Below, in pieces: positions 24,157 through 38,555 of a stretch of 64,000 nt of DNA; the stretch's first letter is position 1, and every line of letters begins with the position of its first letter. The position numbers and the translations under genes are program-made. The notes below the pieces were generated by a model, which did no database searches, had not been told where the DNA came from, and saw only the letters and a list, made by a program, of their open reading frames with translations. The DNA comes from Octopus sinensis (Eukaryota): contig NC_043003.1 in NCBI RefSeq assembly GCF_006345805.1, forward strand, positions 66,650,001-66,714,000, given 5' to 3'.

Positions 24157-25082
24157 GGCGGCGAGCTGGCAGAATCGTTAGTACGCCAGGCGAAATGCTT
24201 AGCGGTATTTCGCCAGCCGCTACGTTCTGAGTTCAAATTCCGCCTAGGTCGACTTTGCCTTTCATCCTTTCAGGGTCGATTAAATAAGTACCAGTCACGC
24301 ACTGGGGTCGAAATAATCGACTTAATCCGTTTGTCTGTCCTTGTTTGTCCTTTCTGTGTTTAGCCCCTTGTGGGTAGTAAAGAAATAGGTATTTCATCTG
24401 TCTTTACGGTCTGAGTTCAAATTCCGCCGAGGTCGACTTTGCCTTTTATCATTTCGGGGTCGATAAATTAAGCACCAGTTGCGTACTGGATTGATCTAAT
24501 TGACTGGCCCCCTCCCTCAAAATTCCAAGCCTTGTCCCTAGAGGATAAAAGAATCGTTAGCAAGCCGGCCAAAATGTTTAGCGATATTTCGCTCGTCTTT
24601 ATGTTCTGAAGTCAAATTCCGCCGAGGTCGACTTTGCTTTTCATAATTTCGGGGTCGATAAATTAAGTACCAGTCAAGTAATGGGGTCGATGTGACCGAC
24701 TTACCCTCTCCCCACAAATGTCATGCCTTGTACCTTTAGTAGAAAGGATTATTCTTAAGGTGGCGAACTGGTAACCTTAAGGCGGCGAGCTGGCAGAAAC
24801 GTTAGCACGCCGGGCGAAATGCTTAGCGGTATTTCGTCTGCGTTACGTTGTGAGTTCAAATTCCGCCGAGGTTGACTTTGCCTTTCATCCTTTCGGGGTC
24901 GATAAATTACGTACCAGTTACGTACTGGGGTCGATGTAATCGACTTAATACCTATGTCTGTCCTTGTTTGTCCCCTCTGTGTTTAGCCCCTTGTGGGTAA
25001 TAAAGAAATAGGTAACCTTACTGGTTGCATCAATTTACACCCTCCCCCAAATATGCTGGCCTTGTGCCAAAATTTGAAACCC
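24157..25082 (+). mobile_element. Head-to-tail array of four SINE family A units plus fragments
   Basis: Units at ~24157-24389, 24390-24550, 24551-24752 and 24780-25012 share the B-box gagttcaaattccgcc and the gtcgactttgcctttcatcctttcggggtcgataaattaagtaccag body. Confidence 0.9.
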
Positions 25083-25879
25083 ATATATATACCTGTGCAT
25101 ATCTGTGTTTGCGTTTGTGTGCGTGTCTGTGCGTGAGTGGGTATCTGTATATCTGCGTGTGTGCGTTTGTGTATGTCAATTAGTGTTTGTATACATGTGT
25201 GTGTGTTTGACTGAGTGTGTGTATGAGAGAGAAAGAGAGAGAGAGAGAGAGAGTGTGAGTGCATAAGTGACTACGTGTGTACGTCTGTGTGTATCTGTAC
25301 GAGTATGTCTGAGTACTTGCGTGTGCATGTGTGTGAGTGCGTGTGTGCGTATTTCTGTGTATGTGAGTGCACATATATCTGTGGGTGTTATGGCTGCGCT
25401 GTGCTGTACCAACATTGGATGCCACCTTCTTTAAACGCAGTACACTTCCAACAACAGCAAACAACCGTATGAAAAGTCACTGGCATGTAAGCTCCGTACA
25501 ATAAACAACGGGACACCAAAATTCAAATCTCAAGCATTAGTAAATCGAGGCAAACCAAGAAGGACTTTTCCCAAAATGCCTGGTATTGTGAGCGGGCCGT
25601 GTACCACGTAATACCGTAGCGAATTTCCTAAATAACGTGGCTTTCTTCTTGGGATATATCAATTTTTCTAAACGTCAACTTAATATACTTTGTTTGTTGT
25701 TTCTTCACCTGATTCTGTTTTTTGTGTTGCTTTTTGTACAAATTTGAACTATACACAGACGCGCACATACGCGTACGGGCCAACGCACACACATATATAC
25801 GTATGCATGTATATGCATGGATGTAAATATATATGAATATATCTGTGTTAATATATGACTATATATATGTTTGAGTTAG

Positions 25880-25916
<37 letters not shown>

Positions 25917-26073
25917 GCATGTACATACATGTTATGTTCATATACATTTATGTATATATACGTTTGTGTGTGTGTTTGTGTGTGTTATACAACAACACAT
26001 ATAATGGATGGTTAGATAAATGGAAAAATAAATGGTAGATAGATAGATAGCTTGATATTAGAGATATAGATCC

Positions 26074-26171
<98 letters not shown>

Positions 26172-26196
26172 GAGATAGATAGATAGATAGATAGAG

Positions 26197-26264
<68 letters not shown>

Positions 26265-27489
26265 TCTATCTTGCTATCTCATCCTACTCAATGGACATAT
26301 ACGGTAGGAAATTAACGTATTTAGGATCAAGGGATAAGGAAGAAAGCATTAGGAATGCAGCTGTCTTCTGAAGTTTGCAGAGAAGGATAGATGATGGCGT
26401 ATTTTGTGCTAAGAACAAAGAAGTTATTGGAATGGCGCAAACATGCTGAAAGATAAACTTCCGGTGGAGACACAGCGGCTCATCGGTTAAAGTTAATGAA
26501 TCGGATAAAGTAATTTTGGTTGGAATTTTGGTATGGAATAGAGGACTTCGTTAAGAATGTTGGATATGCAATATAGCAAAGCACTACCGGTTAAATTTCG
26601 TGACATTTTGTTCTCATTTTTCTTTGTTTCCCCGCTGTTGTCATACATTTCTACTACCATGGTGTATATGCCTTCATAAAACCCACGTAAACACATACTA
26701 TATATGTGTGTCATATATATATATAGAGAGAGACATATACATATGTATATATCTTATTTAAATATATACATCATATATATATATATATATATATATAAAT
26801 CCGTTTCTGTATGGTATTATGTATATATATAGATATATATATATATATAATATAATATATATAATATATATGTATGTATGTTATATATTATGTATATACA
26901 TATATATATATACATATAATATATACTATATATATATATATATATTATATATATTATATATATATTATATTACATATATAGAGAGAGAGAGTGAGAGAGA
27001 GAGAGGTAGAGAGGGAGATAGATACATACATACATACATATTCACATATATTGCACAACCTAACATTTTAGATCCAATATGGATTGCACAACACCTCATA
27101 GCACTTCTCCACTCCATTGACATGATCCAGAGACAAGCCATGGCAAGATATTCTGTGCGAATATGGATTGCAGTGTAAAGAATGTGAGGGCAGCATTATC
27201 TCAACCACAAGCAAAAGGCCCCCAAAATGGTGGATAACATTTCCTGCATTGCTGGATATATAACACACTGACCTTCGAGAAACACGCTTTAACAGTAAGG
27301 GGTGTCTCATTCCAAATACGTATGGATGGATGGATTAATGGATTGATGGATTGATGGATGGATAGTTGCAGGCATGGTTGTGTGGTTTCGGATTCAATCC
27401 TACAGCACAGCATCTTGTGCAAGTGTCTTTCATAACCCCGGGCCAGGCAATACTTTGTAAATGAACTTGGTAGACATATATATGCTGAG

Positions 27490-27793
27490 ATGAGACCCCT
27501 TTCAGTCATGACTGACCATGGGGTTGCACCTAGGAAGTTACCCTCCCAGGCACAAGTCCGGGCAAGGTTGTTTTTATGGAAGACCAGCAGTCGCCCATGC
27601 ATACCGGTCTCCCCTCTCCACGCAACCGGATTATCCAAGGGAAAGGCAAGGGCCGACACAGCCTGGCACCCGCGACGTCGCAACCCACAACGTGAAAAAA
27701 ATTTGAACACAACACGCAACCCGGTCCGGGATTCGAACTCACAGCCTCGCGATCGTAAGCTCGACGCTCTAACCACTGAGCCATGCTCCTTCA
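27490..27793 (-). mobile_element. tRNA-derived SINE family C
   Basis: Minus head ggagcatggctcagtggttagagcgtcgagcttacgatcgcgaggctgtgagttcgaatccc has A and B boxes; homologous to 46678-47016. Confidence 0.85.
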
Positions 27794-28021
27794 AATTATA
27801 TATACTTATATATAATATGTAATGTGTGTTTGTGGGTCATTGTTTGCCTCTTCCTCCTTCACTGATTGACAAACGTTGTCAGTTTCGCTTCCCGTGAACT
27901 TGCAAAATATGACGGATGTGATGGATTTGTTTGTCTAATCACTTCCAGAGAGAAAAGAAAAGGTAAAAGATATAGCAAGAGAGAAAAAGAGTGGTACATA
28001 CATTGCACATACATACATACA

Positions 28022-28054
<33 letters not shown>

Positions 28055-28064
28055 TCTTTTATTC

Positions 28065-28470
28065 TTTTACTTGCTTGAGTCATTTGACCGCGGCCATGCT
28101 GGAGCATCACCTTTAGTCGAACAAATCGGTCCGAGGACTTATTCTCTTTAAGCCGAGTACTTTTCTATCGGTCACTTTTGCCGAACCGCTAAGTTACGGG
28201 GATGTAAGCAACCCAACAACGGTTGTCAAGTGATGGTGTGGTGGGGCAACAAACACAGACACACACACACACACATACACACACACACGCGCACACACGC
28301 ACACACACAGATATATATTTATATACATATATACATATGACGGGCTTCTTTCAGTTTCCGTCTTCCAAATTCACTAACAAGATTTGGTAGGCCTGTGATT
28401 ATAAGTAAAAGTCAGTGGCACTGAACCCAGAACCATGTGGTTGGTAATCAAGCTTCTTACCATACAGCGA
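28065..28470 (-). mobile_element. tRNA-derived SINE family B, near full length
   Basis: Matches 62545-62951, including the internal (CA)n. Confidence 0.8.
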
Positions 28471-28531
28471 TTCCTGCACCTATATACACACACACATACA
28501 TACATACAAGCATACAACATACATACATACA

Positions 28532-28579
<48 letters not shown>

Positions 28580-28584
28580 ATAAT

Positions 28585-28647
<63 letters not shown>

Positions 28648-28862
28648 CATATATAGAAATTTAAGTATTTTAATAACCATGTTATCTAACCGGCAAAAAT
28701 CACTGCAGAAAATTATTTTCTGCAAAATTATTTCTGTATTCTGGCGCGCCAAATCAAGGGCTTTTGTAATATAACCCCAAATGTAATTGGTGGAACTATA
28801 TGCATGTTCAATCTCATGCGGACGCCCCGTGTATAGTTCTGCAAATTATATTTTGCTATGAC

Positions 28863-28935
28863 AATCACACTGATGAATTGCGGATATTTACGTAAGTATT
28901 AGGTAAGTGGTTACAATGAAATCGGGTTTGTGATT
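28863..28935 (+). ncRNA. Type I hammerhead ribozyme, core intact
   Basis: AAUCACA-CUGAUGA-AUUG[...]CAAU-GAAAU-CGG-GUU^UGUGAUU; 7-bp stem I, 4-bp stem II. Confidence 0.75.
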
Positions 28936-29036
28936 AATCTTTATATTTTGTATCTTTTCATTTGTCTTGCTCGCTTACGTTCTGGTGTTTGCTGAATTTT
29001 CTTGAGAACAATCTTTTCTTAGTTGTCAGACCATAT

Positions 29037-29136
29037 NNNNNNNNNNNNNNNNNNNNNNNNNNNNNNNNNNNNNNNNNNNNNNNNNNNNNNNNNNNNNNNN
29101 NNNNNNNNNNNNNNNNNNNNNNNNNNNNNNNNNNNN
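29037..29136. other. Assembly gap (100 N)
   Basis: Run of N. Confidence 1.
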
Positions 29137-29301
29137 ATATCTGTACTCTTACTGGCTCTTTCCATAATTACCAAAGTTGCAATTTTTTCTTTGCGTTTCG
29201 GGGACGAAGGCTGTGGTGATGATAATAGTTCTGGTGGAGGAGGCCACTCAGCTTCCTGTACCTGTTCCTTCTCCAGGCAGTAAACTTCAGCCAGCCGAAA
29301 A
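29137..29301 (-). CDS. Candidate exon or TE ORF fragment, unidentified; runs into the gap
   Basis: Stop-free GC-balanced frame FRLAEVYCLEKEQVQEAEWPPPPELLSSPQPSSPKRKEKIATLVIMERASKSTD after a CAG; weak pyrimidine tract. Confidence 0.3.
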
Positions 29302-30274
29302 CTGTTCGTTTGAGTAGTAAGTGAAGTGACATAAGTTCATAGGCACTCTAAGCAATATTGCAAATGTAGCTTAGCAATATTTTGCCTCAACGATACAATA
29401 TTCACACAATATAATGTGACATAATATAATAAATATAATATAATATAGCGTATTGGAATTATAATATAACATAAATAAAACATAATAGCATAAAGTAGAA
29501 TGAGAAACATTTAGCCGTTAGCAAAAGACCAGTTGGAAATAACATCCGTTATTTTTCAAATTTATTTTCCTACTTTTGACCGTTTACATGGTTTCTTTTC
29601 AATATTTTAGTTTTTACATGTATATTTTTAAAAATATGAAGTGCATATTAGAGGTATCGATGATGGGTATGTAAGTACGTCTATAATGTTTGAAAATGCG
29701 ATATCGGTGGATATATATATAAAGCGACAAATAAATTTAAAAATGAAGAAATATGGCTGAGGGAGTTTTGAGTCATATATCACTTATAAAAGACTTTCTT
29801 CAGGCAACGCATTGATTGTTTTGACAGGCAATGGTTTCTTTTTTTTTTTTTCTTTTTCTATGGTATCCCATTAAGAGCTATATTTAATTATTTAATTATA
29901 GTATATTGCTGAATTTTTTTTAATGTCAATATCAAAAATCTTATAAAAATATGGCAATGAAAATTTTCAAAAATTTCATGAATGAAGGAGAAAAATTATG
30001 ATAAAAGCTTTAAATAAGTTATATATATATTACGACGTTGGCAAAATATTGGGTGTGATAATAGAAAGAGATGAAGAGAGATGGAGAAATACTTGGGGAA
30101 TGAGGGGAAACGAGGTGAGAAGGCTGAAGAGAATATAAGCGCCAGAAGACATATATACATACACGTATACGTGTGTAAGCATATGTATGTATGTATGTTT
30201 GTATGCATGCTTGTATGAATGCATGCATATATGTATACACGCACCTATATATACATACATACACACACACACAC

Positions 30275-30328
<54 letters not shown>

Positions 30329-31049
30329 TTCAGGTGTCGGGGGATGGGTTCAGTGCAAGACAGTGAGAAAGAAGAAATAAAAGGAAAAATTATGCCAGAC
30401 TTGTACAGTAAACTCACAGACACACACATGCGCGCACACACAAACAGACATAAACAAGCACCCATATATTTATATAGATATATACCTTCCTGCATCAAGC
30501 TTATACATATGAATTTATAAATCTATATATATATATATATATATACATACACACACATACACACATGTATATTTATACATTCATAAATATATATAGATAG
30601 ATATAGAGAGAAGGAGAAAGAGAGAGAGAAAGAGGGAGAGGGAGAGAGAGAGAGAAAGGCAGGGATGTACAGTGGTACAGAGGCTTACATACGTTCGTCT
30701 ACAAATATTAAAAATGCCATTCCCTACTAAAAACAAAATATAAAGAAAATAACGGTAAATAAAAGTTAGAAAAAAAAAAACCTATCGTGTCGGATCCTCT
30801 AAGTGAAACCGAAATCATTATATATTTTTTATATTTTTGTAAAAGAATTCTTGTGCACCCTTCCTCGCAGGGCCAATATGCATTTGTGTGAGTCAATGCT
30901 TGGCCTTGAGGTATCTATTACACCTTCAGGCACGCATTAACAATGATTTCGTGTTGTTGTCTATGTATTTATTCTGGCAATTTCTATTATTTACATATTT
31001 ACATCAATTTCTATAATATCCTCGGTCCACCATAACCACCGCCGCCGCC

Positions 31050-31201
31050 AGAACTACAACCACCACCACCACCATCGCCACCACCACCTTCGAAATCATG
31101 GCTACCGCAACGATCACGGCAACAAACCAGTATGGCACCCACCATCCCAACTATCATCATCATCAACACTACTACTACTACTACTACCACCACCACACCA
31201 C

Positions 31202-31248
<47 letters not shown>

Positions 31249-31355
31249 CTTACCCCACAACCACCACCACCACTACTACTACTACACTATACTATACCAC
31301 ACCACTAATACTACTACTACTACTAATACTACTGCTACTACTACCACCACCACCT

Positions 31356-31394
<39 letters not shown>

Positions 31395-31493
31395 ATAATA
31401 ATAATAATAATACTGCTACTGCTACTCCTACTGCTGCTGCAGCTACTAATACTACTACTACAGCTACTACTACTACTGCTGCTGCTGCTGCAG

Positions 31494-31547
<54 letters not shown>

Positions 31548-31666
31548 TTTTTTGCTACTGCTCCTGCTAAATACTTCAGAAACAGTTATTTTTATTATAA
31601 TTATTGTCGTCGTCGTCGTTGTTGTTGTTGTTGTTGTTCTTCTTCTTCTTCTTCTTCATAAACATT

Positions 31667-31701
<35 letters not shown>

Positions 31702-31725
31702 TATTATTATTATTGCATTTGTTAC
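31050..31725. repeat. Compound trinucleotide microsatellite (CAC/CTA/CTG/GTT/CTT/CAT)
   Basis: Seen directly. Confidence 0.95.
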
Positions 31726-32065
31726 AGATATTATTATTTATGTATTGAATCACTGTGCATTCGAGTCATTGATATTGTTACTGCCATTGCCATCAATCAA
31801 TATTGCAAAATTTGCTGTCGTACACATACACACAAACATACATACATGCATGAATGCGCGTGGATGTGTATGCGTATATAGTAAGTATAAATATTAATTT
31901 AATAAATACATATTTATACCTATTATACATTATGTATCTATGTATACACACACACACATTTGCTCACACAACAGACAACTGCTAGTATATAATTGCATTA
32001 TTTATATGTGATGTATATAAATACATACATACATTATATGTTTGTATGTATTATGTATATATATA

Positions 32066-32114
<49 letters not shown>

Positions 32115-32156
32115 ATAGATAGAGAGACAGATAAATAGATAGACAGACAGATAGAC

Positions 32157-32253
<97 letters not shown>

Positions 32254-32837
32254 TACATTTACACATACACCAGACGTCTGTTTCAAGTTATCTACCATTC
32301 TTGCCTAGCAACGCTGTATATCCTCCCCTATTTTTTTTTTCGTCTTTAATAAAAGTCTGCCAGTGATGATGAACTTTTAATTGCGATATTTCAGTTTGAA
32401 GTGACAACAGAGATACAAATTTTCGCTACAGCAATTCATGCTTCTGTTGTTATTTTAAAACTCTGTTTTTGAATATTAGCTCTTTTTTGTGTTGCTGTTG
32501 TTTTGTCTTTTTATTTTAAAATTTTGTTTCCTTTTACCTTGTTTTGTTTTTTCTACCTAATATTATATATACGAAAGTGTGAAAATCTGCTTTTGAGGTT
32601 TTGTAAAATATTAATGTTGATCTGTAAACATAGTTTCTTTTAAATTTTATTCTTTTGTTCAATTACAGTTTGAAACCATTATTGTTGTTGTTATTATTAT
32701 TATTATATTTATTTTATTATTATTATATTATTATATATTATTATTATTATTATTAATTATTATTATATTATTAGCATCATCATCATCATCATCATCATCA
32801 TCATAATTATTATTATTATTATATTATATAATTATAT

Positions 32838-32875
<38 letters not shown>

Positions 32876-32998
32876 TTTATTATTGTTATCATTATATCAT
32901 CATCATTATCAGGGATCCCCTTCCCTGCATGAAGTGAAGAATCTTGGTCATTTCAGACATTTTAGAAATTTATTTTCAATTATTATTATTATTATTAC

Positions 32999-33068
<70 letters not shown>

Positions 33069-33488
33069 TGTTTAACTTTAGTCTGGAATGGTTATTATAG
33101 GCAGATAGATAATATATTCTCCCTTTTTCCCCCCACAAAAGTTCAATTGAATGTAACAGCATCGAAAGCAAACATAAAGAGAAAGAAAGTAAAATTTAAT
33201 GCCTCAGCAAAGTTTAATAATTTTACATGAACACACACATACACACACATATATATATACATATATATACATATATATACATATGTATATATGTATGTAT
33301 ATATATACATATATATATATACATATATATACAAATATATACATATATATACAAATATATGTACATATACAAATATATGTACATATACATACACATATGC
33401 ATACATATATGCATGTATACTTCATAGAAAACTTTGGAATACAGATTAGCAACGGCATCGCAAAATAACGTCTCTCTGTCTTTCTCTG

Positions 33489-33520
<32 letters not shown>

Positions 33521-34711
33521 CGTCTGTCACTTCTATAAGCACACATACACATGCGTATGAACAGCCATACCAAAAATTGTTTTGTCGAATATAAAAACTG
33601 AAAAAATTTGCAAAGTAAACATTTTTGTTAATATGGAGTTTCTGTACTTGAAACTAATCCGCTGTAAGATAAAGGATTGACTGTGGCGTGTCTTAAATAT
33701 CTTTCTTCTTTATTCATAAAGTCAGGTACTGACAAAGTAGTAGAGTACCAAAGACCCGATTGTTTCCTCCGGCAGCAATGTATGCATTTGTCATATAAAA
33801 TAGATATATATATAACCGCGCTAGAAAAAAGATTAGAAAGTTCTAACACATTATTAGTAACATAATAATCTCTGTCCTAATCTTCCATAAATCACGAATA
33901 GTTAAATAAACATTTAACAAAAAAAATGTTGAAGAATCTAACAAATAATTTTGAAGTTTTACTAACATCAACAACAAAACTCGCGCTGAGGCAGACATTG
34001 TAAACTGCTATAGTAATGTTGGAGGGAGTTCAATCTCCGCTGTAGAATAATAATTTTTAGATTTAGTACAGTTCTCAGCAAAAAAGTAGGTAGGAGGATT
34101 TAGTTAGGCCAAATAATGTCACTTTGTCACATTATTTAATCCGAGAAAGATCAATACAAAATGTACGGCAGCGATAACGAATTACCGGCATTTAGTCGTA
34201 ATGGGAGAAAAGTTTGCTACCCTTTCAAGGACATAGATTTGCTCCAACAAAAATTTTAAGCAAACCGAAATTATCAAATACACGCAAGTATATATACTTA
34301 TGCTCCAGTATCTCGCGTAGAGAAGTACAAGGATGATAATTAGGGACACTGGAAATGCTGTAGATCTGTGGCTTGTCGCCGCTTTTGTATCGAAGTATTA
34401 GAAGGGCAGTTAAAGGAGGGGTGATAAGAGGCAATGTGAGGTCAGTGGTGGGGTGTCAAAATGGATTTATAAGTCCTAATATAGGTCGAAGCTCATTTGT
34501 GAATATCAGAGAGGTGCCTAGAAGAAAGTGCCTGGAAAAAAAGGGTGGAAGACTAGAGGTGATGGGCAAAAGATTAGGTTGGAATACATATTGTAGTAAG
34601 AAACATTTCATCCTGAAATCTTTTCAGTTCTTCATGGCAAAGTACTGAAGAAATTTAGGAGAGTCGCGGAGGGCAACATCTTGCAAAAAGCAAATAATAC
34701 CATTGGCTCTT

Positions 34712-35010
34712 TCTCTTTACTTGTTTCAGTCATTTGACTGTGGCCATGCTGAAGCACCGCCCTTGGTCGAGCAAATCGACCCCAGGACTTATTATTTGTA
34801 AGCCTAGTACTTATTCTATCGGTCTCTTTTGGCGACATGCTAAGTTACGGGGACGTAAACACACCAGCATCGGCTGTCAAGCTATGTTGGAGGGGAGACA
34901 AACACAGACACACAAACATATACACAGATACAAACACAAACAGACACACACACACACACACACGCACACACAGATATATATATATACATATACACGACGG
35001 GCTTCTTTCA
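34712..35010 (-). mobile_element. SINE family B, 3' part
   Basis: tttacttgtttcagtcatttgactgtggccatgctg...gacccaggacttatt matches 62560-62800. Confidence 0.85.
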
Positions 35011-35407
35011 GTTTGTAAAAGACATCTAATTATGTACGACTGAAACAGTCTTATCTTGTTGAGGATATGCGTTGTTTTCTACCACAAACCCACCTCCAGT
35101 AACACTTGTAGGCGAATTAGGGATGTGGAGTGATGTAATTCGACCTAACAAGCAGTTTTCTCGAACGTTGTGGACGAAAATCGAAAACATGTCTTATTTT
35201 CTTTTAATTATATAATTTTTGCATTTATTTTGTTTAATTACTTTTAGAAATTTTAAATTTATCTTTAATGATGTAATGTCTTTCCTCCCCCACCACCTTT
35301 ACGTAATATTTTTCCACCCTGAAAGCTCCCCGTTTAACTCATGTTAAAGTATGCAATAGTTTCTATGCATTTTTTAAAATCGTTTGCCTTGCCTCCATAT
35401 TATATTA

Positions 35408-35921
35408 CCGTAAGTCCTCGAGTATAATCCGCATTTTTTGCGCAAAAATTTAAAGGTCAAAATCCCTAGTGCTTATTATACATGAGGTTAAAAATGAAAA
35501 TTATTTTCTAAGCAATGTCCGAGTCTCTATTTGCTGTCCGGTAATGTTTATTCAGACGCATTTTGTGATGTCGGGCTCGAAAATACCTTAAGCCAAAGCC
35601 TGAAAGCAATGAAGTCATAAAAGAATCATTCATAACTTGCAGTAAGCAACATTTATTAAACGTGATTACTGTTATTTCTTTATTTTCTGCAAACAAAATG
35701 CACAAAAATGCTACACGTTTGCTTTATGTTATGTATACAATAATAATAAATGACGTTACTGTATACAGTTTTACAAACAAAGGACTTTATATAGACCTCC
35801 TTGACTCAAGTTAGAGAAGGGGTACGTATTATGCACAAGGTTTAGGTATTTCAGAGGTACAGTCCCCTAAAAATCCCCTGCGTATTATACTCAAGGGCGG
35901 ACTATACTTGAGGATTCACGG
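35408..35921. mobile_element. pogo/Tigger-like MITE
   Basis: TA-flanked TIRs CCGTAAGTCCTCGAGTATAATCCGC / GCGGACTATACTTGAGGATTCACGG. Confidence 0.85.
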
Positions 35922-36099
35922 TATATAACGTCTTTCATCCTCTCGTCCCTTTTATATAAAACCTGTTGGAACCACCCGGTACGTCTTTGTAACATCACCG
36001 TCACAGGCTTCATTGTAAACCTTGCGGTTAATAAAGAAAACATCATTGACATTATTTGTGTTCTTACTTAACACAGCACCTTCGCTGGGGCATGTAACA

Positions 36100-36960
36100 A
36101 AGTGCAAGATGTTCACAAACAGTCAATTAAGATGACACTCTTCTTTTAAATTTCGAGGAATTTGCAGAGGATTCGTACAGTTTCGGCCAACACTGTCTTC
36201 TGATCTATCTTCACATTTACTTGTATCTTTTCCATCCAGTTTGTGAATTTTGTAGTTCTCAGGGCTCCAGCAGCAACAGATGGAGCATTCATCCTTTTCA
36301 CTTCTTAGCATCATATCTGGTTTGCTCCTCTTCTTCTATTTCTGTTACGCTTTCTTCATCAGCGATGCAACATCAATGACTAAACAGAATCTTACCTCTT
36401 TGTCCATAATCTCTACTTCTAGCTTTCTATATTCAGTCTCATGACCCCATTGGACCATTACATCCAACTGTATCTTTACCCTCTCATTCTCGATTACGCC
36501 TGGATTTTGCCAATATCACGTCTTTTCTGTATCAAATCCTAACTTGCCGCACATTACCCAATGGATCACACTTGCAATATGATTGTGTCTTTTTTCTATT
36601 CTTTTTTAGACCAGCTTCGTGCATTCATTCTCAATATGCCATACGGTCTCACTTTTAACACCACAAATCTTGCAATTCATTTACCGCGTTTAGTACAACT
36701 TGTCCTAAGTTCTTATTCAAGTACAGCTCGGATAAGGGCTTCTGTGCCATCTATCTTCTTCGGTGTTTCTGCTCATACCTCTCATAAACTGACAGTACTT
36801 AGTTTTCCATTCCATTTTCGTTTGTCTTCCTTATACTTCTTTCCTTGTCCTCCTGTCTCCACACAAGTACCTGTCCTAAATACACCAGATATTCTCACCT
36901 GCACCAACAAAGCACCTGTAGTACCCTTGATATTCTACCCAAAGCTATTTTCTCCTGAGA
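36100..36960 (-). mobile_element. Heavily decayed R4/Dong-like LINE 3' region
   Basis: Minus strand with frameshifts: GTEALIRA, C(R)ICGVKSETVWHIENECTKL (CCHC-type knuckle), RHNHIASVIHWVMCGKLG. Confidence 0.7.
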
Positions 36961-36994
36961 ATATAAACTTTCACAGATGATTAGCCCTCGCCCA

Positions 36995-37465
36995 TCACTA
37001 TGTGTTTCTTTATTACCCACAAGGAAGAGACAAACAAGGACAGACAAATGTATTAAGTCGATTACATCGACCCCAGTGCGTAATTGGTACTTAATTTATC
37101 GACCCCGAAAGGATGAAAGGCAAAGTCGACCTCGGCGGAATTTGAACTCAGAACGTAACGGCAGACGAAATACGGCTACACATTTCGCCCGGCGTGCTAA
37201 CGGTTCTGCCAGCTCGCTGCCTTCTCGCCCATCATTATATATTTCTTTATTGCCCACAAGGGGCTAAACATAGAGGGGACAAAGACAGACAAAGGGATTA
37301 AGTCGATTACATCGACCCCAGTGTAACCGGTACTTTATTTATCGACCCCGAAAGGATGAAAGGCAAAGTTGACCTCGGAGGAATTTGAACGCAGACCGTA
37401 ACGGCAGACGAAATACGGCTACGCATTTCGCCCGGCGTGCTAACAATTCAGCCAGCTCACCAACT
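36995..37465 (-). mobile_element. Two tandem SINE family A copies
   Basis: Reverse complement of the 24780-25012 unit, at ~36995-37220 and ~37245-37460. Confidence 0.9.
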
Positions 37466-37754
37466 TCTCGCCCATCTTTATAGCCAGTTTGATACAGCCT
37501 GTCAGTTTCGTTTTAAGGATGGAATGTTCCGTTCATTGTGAGCAGATTTCTCGACTTTCGGTCCAGTTCATTCAATTGATGAATTCTGCACCACATCTCA
37601 ACGATGTAATCGCCTATATATTGATCGCTTGAATCTTCTTTGTTCCGTTCAGTTTTGGCCGCAACACCTGTCTAGATCTTCGAAAGTGCTCTAGTGTATA
37701 GCTCGTATTCATTTCTTCTTCCATTACTTAATTTAACTTCAATATGTCAAGTAT

Positions 37755-37818
<64 letters not shown>

Positions 37819-37842
37819 GATAACAATAATAATACTAATAAT

Positions 37843-38408
37843 AAATGTCCTGCTGCAGTACCAGGTAGTGGCTCTCATGGCTTCTCAATTAACTGATTGG
37901 AAGTGTTATCATGTACATTGTTTTGTCTTGGTATAAAAGATGGGCTACAGCAAATATTCTGCTCAATACCACAGATTTGCCTGTCAGTTGTTTGACCTTA
38001 ACCAGTAGAGCATGTCCCTTACTGGCTGATGTTATGTACATCTCTGATCACGAGGAGAAGTAGTGGGGAAGCATCATTGCTATGGAATTGTTTGGGGATA
38101 TGAATAATTCACCTCTGGAAACATGGGTGTTTCGTTCAGCATCCTCAAACAATCCTTATTCAGGTATCTATTGAGTGGGATAGAACACTCAACCTGAAGG
38201 AAATTCAAACTGGGCCTCACCAGCAAGGTCATGCGCTGTTTACCTTGATATACGATCACCATGTCGCGCACATATGGTTGTGATGCATGTGCCTAGTGTA
38301 CCCTTATCAGACGGGTAGTCATGATGGGTATACTGGGCCTCGAATATTTGTACCCCAGTGTCACTTTGATGGCATGCACTGCTACCTCACTCACTCACTC
38401 ACTCACTC
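37843..38408 (+). mobile_element. Unclassified ~565-bp non-coding element embedded in (TAA)n
   Basis: Complex sequence between (TAA)n tracts at ~37757-37830 and 38409-38545; ends (CTCA)n then (ATA)n; no protein motif recognised. Confidence 0.4.
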
Positions 38409-38508
<100 letters not shown>

Positions 38509-38555
38509 GTAATAATAATAATAATAGTAATAATAATAATAATGATAATGGAGGA

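Noticed and set aside
27201-27822. 197-aa and 110-aa ORFs
   Set aside because: They coincide with a GC-richer SINE family C copy; no protein motifs.
34330-34600. Possible L2/CR1 RT remnant on the minus strand (YKSGDK...NYHP)
   Set aside because: Only a faint resemblance to KKGD..SNYRPI; needs an HMM search.
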